Source of the DNA: an uncultured Parachlamydiaceae bacterium
Lineage (GTDB): Bacteria > Chlamydiota > Chlamydiia > Chlamydiales > Parachlamydiaceae
Length of the DNA: 64,000 bases
Reading direction: 5' to 3'
Assembly (NCBI GenBank): GCA_963742415.1
Contig: CAVULX010000003.1
Coordinates: forward strand, 480,001 to 544,000
This document shows positions 58,385 to 64,000 of the stretch, piece by piece (position 1 is the stretch's first letter; each line of letters opens with the position of its first letter). A model generated the notes under the pieces. It searched no databases and was not told where the DNA came from. It worked only from the letters and a program-made list of their open reading frames with translations. A program made the translations under genes and the position numbers.

Positions 58385-58497
58385 ATGGACAAAGTGGACA
58401 TGAGGGTAGGGGCAATGGTGTCCATTCATGACCATTTTGTCCACTTCTGTCCATTTTGTCCATATCGTCCATATCGTCCACCTTGTCCATTTAGTCC
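58385..58497. repeat. degenerate 9-10-bp tandem array (gtccatNNN) with an inverted tggac arm
   Basis: about 9 units in 58420-58497; atggacaaagtggaca at 58385. Confidence 0.85.
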
Positions 58498-58503
58498 TCT
58501 TCA

Positions 58504-59535
58504 TTAACACTCATCACCGTTTTCTTCAACATCATCTCCACTGCCTGCCGACTCAGTCAATGGAAACCGCAAGATGAGCTCTTCGACAAGATCTATCGAC
58601 TCCGCTTTGCTGATCAATTCCCGAAATTGGCGTGTTCCGGCTGCTTTTTTGAGATACCAGCACCCCACGCGCCGCATGTCGATTGCGACGCGTCGTGGAG
58701 GATGATAGTCTTTTGTCACTAGGAAATGGTCATATAAGATTCTACGGCAATCTTCTAATGTGTATTTAGCTCTGGGTTTTCCCTCAAGGAAAGCGCGGAT
58801 ATCTTCCGCAATCCAAGGCTGCCCCATGGTGCCGCGCGCCACTAAAACTGCATCGCAGCCCGTATGCTCGAAAGCTGCTAAGGCCGATGGGCCATCGATG
58901 ACATCTCCATTCGCTATGACTTTGATTGAGCGGGCGGCTTCTTTGCAAGCTTTGATGTAATCCCAGTTGGCAGGCCCCTTGTAGGCTTGCTTTCTAGTCC
59001 GTCCATGAATGCAGATGGCTTTGGCACCCGCTTTTTCGACGATTTGGGTGATTTCGGGAGCATTGATGACCGATTCGTCCCATCCTGCGCGGATTTTGAC
59101 TGTTACAGGAATTTTAACGGCGGCTGTCATGTTGGCGATGACGTCGCCGATCAATTGAGGTGTTTTTAGCATCCCTGAGCCGCTCCCATCTTTTGTCACT
59201 TTGTCTACCGGGCAGCCGCAATTGAGATCGATGACGTCGAAGCCCAGCTCTTCGATGATCTTTGCTGCTTTTCCGGCGATCTCTGGCTTGCTGCCGCAAA
59301 TTTGTCCGCCGATAGGGTGCATGGAGGGGGCATAATCGAGCATGTGAAAGGTCCCTTGGTCGTGCCGGATCAAGGCATCCATCTTGACCATTTCGCAGTA
59401 CATTAATCCCGGCTTATAACGGGCTGACATACTTCGGAAAGGGTAATCGGAACATCCTGCGAGGGGAGCATAAAGGACGTTGCTCGGAAGAAGCAAATTT
59501 CCTATTTGCAGGGGTTGTGAATATTTCTTTTTCAT
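58504..59535 (-). CDS. dusB: tRNA-dihydrouridine synthase
   Basis: APLAGCSD, IDLNCGCP, TVKIRAGWD, IHGRTR, ANGDV; ATGA overlap with the yggT stop. Confidence 0.92.
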   Translation of the reverse strand: MKKKYSQPLQIGNLLLPSNVLYAPLAGCSDYPFRSMSARYKPGLMYCEMVKMDALIRHDQGTFHMLDYAPSMHPIGGQICGSKPEIAGKAAKIIEELGFDVIDLNCGCPVDKVTKDGSGSGMLKTPQLIGDVIANMTAAVKIPVTVKIRAGWDESVINAPEITQIVEKAGAKAICIHGRTRKQAYKGPANWDYIKACKEAARSIKVIANGDVIDGPSALAAFEHTGCDAVLVARGTMGQPWIAEDIRAFLEGKPRAKYTLEDCRRILYDHFLVTKDYHPPRRVAIDMRRVGCWYLKKAAGTRQFRELISKAESIDLVEELILRFPLTESAGSGDDVEENGDEC

Positions 59536-59792
59536 CTGAGTAACGTGACGATCAACAATTTGACCCCTTGTTCGATAAATCCGAGGCAAAGAAAGGCGAA
59601 AATGGGGCTAATGTCCATCATCCCCAAAGGGGGGATAAAGCGGCGGAAGATGTTGAGGTAAGGGTCGGTATAAAAAGCGATGAATTGCATGATCTTGGTT
59701 CTTTGAAATTCGGGAAACCAAGAGCCAAGAATTCGGATAAACAGCATGACCATGTAGACTTGAAATAAGATATCGACGATCCGGATTAACAT
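59532..59792 (-). CDS. yggT: YggT-family membrane protein
   Basis: RILGSWFP, TDPYLNIFRRFIPPLGMMDISPI. Confidence 0.93.
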   Translation of the reverse strand: MLIRIVDILFQVYMVMLFIRILGSWFPEFQRTKIMQFIAFYTDPYLNIFRRFIPPLGMMDISPIFAFLCLGFIEQGVKLLIVTLLR

Positions 59793-59881
59793 TTCTTTCT
59801 GCTAGTTGTAAAATATTTAAAAGAACAATGTTAACCCATCTCTTCATTTTTGTCTTTTTTTATTAGAGAATTAGAAAAAAA

Positions 59882-59917
59882 ATAAGTCCTATTTTTCCAT
59901 GGAAAAATAGGACTTAT
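59882..59917. repeat. perfect 36-bp palindrome (repeat family C)
   Basis: ataagtcctatttttcca|tggaaaaataggacttat. Confidence 0.95.
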
Positions 59918-59936
59918 CGGGATTTTTAAAGCGGCT

Positions 59937-60260
59937 TTACTTAATCCATTTCCAAGCTTTCTTGGCGGCTTCTCGTCCCACACCAAAGACCGCGCCGGCA
60001 GCTCCACCTACCGCAGCTCCGAAAATAGTCGAACCCACTATCGAAACAGCTGCAGATCTTTTAAAAGAGGTACCACCCAAAGAGGCACCCCTTATGGCAT
60101 CTGCTTGTCCGTTTATAGAATAAGAGAGTGTAATTTTAGCCAATCCAGCCATTATATACACTACAGGAGCAGCTCCTGTACCAAACGCAGCTCCTGCGGT
60201 TGCACCTATACCAGCACCATACGCCATACAGGTTCCAATACGTTTCATTCCTTCTAACAT
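59937..60260 (-). CDS. small glycine-zipper membrane protein
   Basis: RBS AAGGAG; GAGIGATAGAAFG and GAAVGGAAGAVFG GxxxG arrays. Confidence 0.75.
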   Translation of the reverse strand: MLEGMKRIGTCMAYGAGIGATAGAAFGTGAAPVVYIMAGLAKITLSYSINGQADAIRGASLGGTSFKRSAAVSIVGSTIFGAAVGGAAGAVFGVGREAAKKAWKWIK

Positions 60261-60452
60261 ATAAAACTCCTTTTTATAGTTATTATTAGTTAATTAAAAA
60301 TAATTCAAACGTTTATTTGAATTAAAGGTAACAGTAATAAAAAGGTTTAAAGACTTTATTAAGATAAAATGTTTTTTTTAATAATTTATAATAGAAATAC
60401 AATCAATTTTTCCGCATGTGCTCCTTATTGGGCACGATAAGAGAGTTGGTGA

Positions 60453-60609
60453 ATGGAAAAATAGGACACTGGAGCTTGGACGTTTCTTAAATATAAATAA
60501 ATTCCCGAAGGGAATTTATTTAAGAACATCCAAACTTCAGAACCAGGCACATGGCCTGGAAATGTCTAAACTTTAGAAGTCCTATTTTCCATGGGAAAAA
60601 TAGGACTTA
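60453..60609. repeat. repeat family C composite element
   Basis: tggaaaaataggac at 60454; internal palindrome aaataaattccc-gaa-gggaatttattt; second palindrome copy aagtcctattttccatgggaaaaataggactt at 60577-60608. Confidence 0.85.
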
Positions 60610-60689
60610 GCGGAATTGTCGTTAGTTAAATTGTCTTTTGGCTCAAAAAACAAGATTCTGCAATTATGATAATAATTTTCTTTTAAAAA

Positions 60690-61046
60690 TTATTTTTTCC
60701 GGGTGAAAAACGCATTTATTTCTTCTCTAAAGTCTTGGCACCCTTTTTTGGCAGCCAGTTTTTGCATCCATCTCTCATTATTGGACTCGGCAACGAGTTT
60801 AGCCAGCTGGTCGATATGGGAGGTTTTAGAGGATCTAATCTGATCTTTGATTTTTTCTTTTAGCACTTCTTCCCAGGCTTGATCGGCCAATTCTAAGAGT
60901 CTATCCGCATAAGATTCATGTTCATGACAAGATTGGTGATCGTGGTGGATTTCGCAAACTCCCGCTTCACAACAACAACAGTGATCGTGGTGATGAGAGC
61001 AACACTGATCATGTTGATGTTCGTGGCCATGATGATGGTGTGCCAT
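60690..61046 (-). CDS. His/Cys-rich putative metal-binding protein
   Basis: RBS AGGAGG; MAHHHHGHEHQHDQCCSHHHDHCCCCE...; helical C-terminal domain. Confidence 0.8.
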   Translation of the reverse strand: MAHHHHGHEHQHDQCCSHHHDHCCCCEAGVCEIHHDHQSCHEHESYADRLLELADQAWEEVLKEKIKDQIRSSKTSHIDQLAKLVAESNNERWMQKLAAKKGCQDFREEINAFFTRKK

Positions 61047-61217
61047 AGTCTCCTCCTTTACACTTAAAATTTTGTTATAACATTGTTCTTTAACCTATGG
61101 CATTCTTTTCAGAAAGAATCAATAAAAACCGTTAAAAAATAATAATTCTTGAATCGTTGAGACCGAATCGATTAAAATTGTTTTTTCTGTAATATCGAGG
61201 GTTCAAAAAAGTCACAC

Positions 61218-62933
61218 ATGGCCGATAAACCAAGTGCATTACATACGTTGGCATTGGAAATCAATAGCCATACGATCAAAGGAGCGCAACTGACCTTACG
61301 AAAAGGGAAGCCTTCCCTCGTGCGTCTTTTTGAAATCCCTTTTCCATCAAAGGGGGAAGGGGGTTCTGAAAGTCTCCCATCGATTTTTTCAGGGGAAGCT
61401 GGGCAAGCCTTATTAAAAGCTACCCACAAAACCCTTGTTGTCTCTTTGCTTAACACAAATGAAGTGCTGGTGCGCCAACTCGAAGTCAAACTCAAAAAAG
61501 AGAGCGACATCGATGCGGTGCTCGAATTTCAAGCGGAACCCCTGCTCCCTTATTCTGTTGAAAATGCGATTGTCGATCGGCAGGTCCTGGTCAGCACGTC
61601 CGATGGCACCTTGCTGACTATTTTGGCTGCAAGGAAAGACCATCTTCAGCAGCACCTTGAATTTTATAAAGCCCTCGGTATTGATCCTGAAGTCATTTCT
61701 TGCACGCCGGTGGCGCTTGCCTATTTTTCACACGTTTTTGCTCAATCCGCCACCCCTCAATTTCTCGTCCATATCAGCCATGCCTCCACCTCATGCCTCT
61801 TAGTCAAAGAGGGGAAACTCATCGCAGCTCAAGGGATTCCGCAAGGCATTGAACAGATCCTTGCAGCCTATAAGAAGGATGTCGAAAAAACAGGCGTTGA
61901 GCTGCCATTGGATACAGTTGATTTTTCTGCTGTCAAAAAAGAGGCCAACCCCTTTTTAGCTGAAGCCATCGAAGGGCTCCATCTTGAAATTACCCGCACC
62001 CTTTATGCTCTTTCTAAGCAAGCAAAAGGGCAGGAGGTGGGTCAGATTTTAGTGACAGGGGAAGCAGGAAAATACAAAAACTTATCGGCGGTTCTTTGCC
62101 AGCAGTTGAATAAAATCCTTGTGGCTCCCTCCCCTATACCTGAATTCAACCTGACTGCAGAGCAATTAGAACGGTTTGCCATTCCTATTGGAGGAGCGAT
62201 GTCGGTTCTTTCGGGAACTCAAAATGAGATCGATTTTAGGCAAAAAGAATTTGCTTACCCCAATCCATGGAAACGGTATAAAACACCTGTTTTTACCTAT
62301 ATCGGACTCTGCTTTATCCTAGCTATTGCCATCTATTTTTTTGGCAATGCTTATCTCAAAAATGAAGAAGATGGGATGCGCCTTCAATTTTCTGAACTCC
62401 TTCAATCGATGAACAAACCCTATAATGAATTTGACCATGAATACACCTCGAAAATGGGTGGAAAGCTTCCCTTAGAAGAAAAAGAAGCCACCCCTATTCA
62501 AACCTTGAGTGAAGATGACGTATTAGGGCGGCTCCGTTTTATTGAAAAAGAGCTGAAAACCATTCCGGAAAGCTACCCCTTGCTGCCCAATACTCCTACT
62601 GTCAGTGATGTTTTTGCCTGGTTGGCCACACAACCTTTTGTGGTGGGAAAAGACGCAAAGACAGGTGCAAAAATTCCCCTTCTGCAGATCGAAAGCTTTT
62701 CTTATACCCTTGTCAAGCGGCCAGAAGTGACGAAAAAACAAGAAAAATACCAAGTGAAAGTCGAGCTTGAATTCAGCAGTCCGACGCCGAAACTCGCCCG
62801 GGAATTCCATGATGCGTTGATAGCTCCAAACAATTTCGTGGATCCGAAAGGGGATGTTAAATGGAGCACAAATCGGGGCCTCTATCGGGCTTCGTTTTTT
62901 TTAAAAGATAAAACTTCATACCCTTCACCTTAG
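61218..62933 (+). CDS. PilM/GspL-like type II secretion / type IV pilus assembly protein
   Basis: actin-like N-terminus (LALEINSHTIK, FQAEPLLPY, ILVTGEAG), then TM and periplasmic domain. Confidence 0.65.
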   Translation: MADKPSALHTLALEINSHTIKGAQLTLRKGKPSLVRLFEIPFPSKGEGGSESLPSIFSGEAGQALLKATHKTLVVSLLNTNEVLVRQLEVKLKKESDIDAVLEFQAEPLLPYSVENAIVDRQVLVSTSDGTLLTILAARKDHLQQHLEFYKALGIDPEVISCTPVALAYFSHVFAQSATPQFLVHISHASTSCLLVKEGKLIAAQGIPQGIEQILAAYKKDVEKTGVELPLDTVDFSAVKKEANPFLAEAIEGLHLEITRTLYALSKQAKGQEVGQILVTGEAGKYKNLSAVLCQQLNKILVAPSPIPEFNLTAEQLERFAIPIGGAMSVLSGTQNEIDFRQKEFAYPNPWKRYKTPVFTYIGLCFILAIAIYFFGNAYLKNEEDGMRLQFSELLQSMNKPYNEFDHEYTSKMGGKLPLEEKEATPIQTLSEDDVLGRLRFIEKELKTIPESYPLLPNTPTVSDVFAWLATQPFVVGKDAKTGAKIPLLQIESFSYTLVKRPEVTKKQEKYQVKVELEFSSPTPKLAREFHDALIAPNNFVDPKGDVKWSTNRGLYRASFFLKDKTSYPSP

Positions 62934-62944
62934 GTAGATAGGCT

Positions 62945-63568
62945 ATGTTCTCTAATATTCCTCAATCCCGGCTTCTTCTGTACGTGATGCTGTTAGGATT
63001 GCTTCCGATAGGCCTTGCTATTTTCAATTTTATGACTCAGCAAAATAAATTAAATTTAGTTGAAATGACGATTCTCATGCTGGGGGATCAAGCGGCTACC
63101 CAGAAAAAGAAACAAGCAGTCAACATTGCTGTACGGAATAACTTTCGTGATGCAGACCATTTTTATATCGATAAACATTTAGAAACTATCGAGTTTTTAG
63201 AACCTGAAGTCGAGAGCCTTCAAAAAGTTCTCAAGAATAAAAATTTCGCCGATGATGAAAACATCAAAAAGCGGCTTGATTTTCTCACCGGCACCCAAAA
63301 TAAGCTGATCTTTACCGAAGGCGTTGTGCAATCCACACCCCTTTTTCAGGAAACCACAGAGACTCTCGTTCACCCGGTTGAAGTCGATGTCAATGACATC
63401 AAAGTTTTATTGGCGAAAATAGAAGGCACTGAAATCGGCAAGGAGGGCCCAAGTCCAAACCGTCCTCAGTTAATCATCCTCGACTTCAAAATCGAAAAAA
63501 AGCATGTGACTGAAAAAAATGAAGTTTTCCTGCTCAACTTAAAACTTCTCAAGCGAGAATTTCTGTAA
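62945..63568 (+). CDS. membrane-anchored hypothetical protein (PilO/GspM-like position)
   Basis: single N-terminal TM; 11 bp after the PilM/GspL-like gene. Confidence 0.6.
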   Translation: MFSNIPQSRLLLYVMLLGLLPIGLAIFNFMTQQNKLNLVEMTILMLGDQAATQKKKQAVNIAVRNNFRDADHFYIDKHLETIEFLEPEVESLQKVLKNKNFADDENIKKRLDFLTGTQNKLIFTEGVVQSTPLFQETTETLVHPVEVDVNDIKVLLAKIEGTEIGKEGPSPNRPQLIILDFKIEKKHVTEKNEVFLLNLKLLKREFL

Positions 63569-64000
63569 TGGCTTCTTCGAAATTTTATTTACTATTTATT
63601 TGTGGTTTGATGCTGCTTTTTTCCAGCTGCGCATCCCACCGATTTTATGAATCTTGTTCCCAACTGACTAATATCAATATCATCGATCGGGATGGAATTT
63701 CCGAGACCATTAGCAATCCTGAAAGGGTAAAGCGTTATCGAGATATCAATTTTCTTTGCAATCAACCCTACCAAAAGGTTCTTCGTGTTTACAGCATGAA
63801 TAGGGAGGGGAACATTTTAGCCTATGTGACCTGTTACCATCCCAACGGGCAAATTAAACAGTATCTTGAAGTTGTTAATGGACGGGCGTTTGGTGTTTTT
63901 AGAGAATGGTATTCCGATGGGATCATGAAGGTCGAAGCTTGTGTGGTCGGCGGGGATGCCGACATCACAACAGCTTCTGAAAAGACATGGCTTTTCGATG
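63568..64000 (+). CDS. lipoprotein with MORN-variant (YwqK-like) repeats, runs off the window
   Basis: TAATG overlap; MASSKFYLLFICGLMLLFSSC lipobox; YHPNGQIK, EWYSDG; open to the window end. Confidence 0.8.
   Translation, partial: MASSKFYLLFICGLMLLFSSCASHRFYESCSQLTNINIIDRDGISETISNPERVKRYRDINFLCNQPYQKVLRVYSMNREGNILAYVTCYHPNGQIKQYLEVVNGRAFGVFREWYSDGIMKVEACVVGGDADITTASEKTWLFD

Noticed and set aside
58307-58510. ORF MKRTKWTRWTIWTIWTKWT as a Trp-rich leader peptide
   Set aside because: The periodicity is a by-product of the 9-bp DNA array, and the neighbouring genes are unrelated to tryptophan
426-63774. Numerous 60-160-aa ORFs nested in or antisense to well-supported genes
   Set aside because: Shadow frames with no motifs or independent support
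1-64000. CRISPR array, rRNA, tRNA, intact transposase/integrase or reverse transcriptase (DGR/retron)
   Set aside because: No regularly spaced repeat-spacer units, RNA-gene signatures or catalytic motifs were recognised; the repeats found are paired or palindromic

Overview
The window comes from an environmental chlamydia (phylum Chlamydiota, probably Parachlamydiaceae-like). This is inferred from a histone H1-like Hc1 (hctA), stand-alone nqrF, dapL, a short chlamydial GlmU-like gene and several chlamydia-type hypothetical families. The backbone is housekeeping: purM, guaB, nadE, nqrF, TPR-ExbB-ExbD, rlmD-tgt-yajC-pcm, sulP, mnmG, ispA, dapL, acyP, dusB, yggT and a PilM/GspL-like operon. A gene-free region rich in DnaA-box-like 9-mers at ~32.04-32.57 kb is a good oriC candidate. 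The most striking system is an ~11.2-kb minus-strand respiratory operon (43743-54919). It encodes, in order: a GltD/NfnB/DsrL-like NAD(P)H:Fe-S flavoprotein (broken by four +1 indels), a 43-aa CcoS-like peptide missing from the ORF track, a Rieske protein, a fused b6/subunit IV-type cytochrome b, a 1357-aa seven-heme cytochrome c, cbb3 CcoN, an enlarged CcoO, a second CcoS/Q-like peptide and a heme-less CcoP N-terminal peptide. Together these make a candidate self-contained NAD(P)H/quinol-to-O2 III-IV supercomplex. AT-rich candidate effector genes are interspersed (ankyrin, F-box, a Pro-rich protein with a degenerate RhoGEF/DH-like region, a glycine zipper, a duplicated His/Cys domain). Three of these loci are bracketed by two copies of a palindromic or MITE-like repeat. 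No rRNA, tRNA, CRISPR array or intact transposase was recognised. All calls were made by eye; no searches were run.
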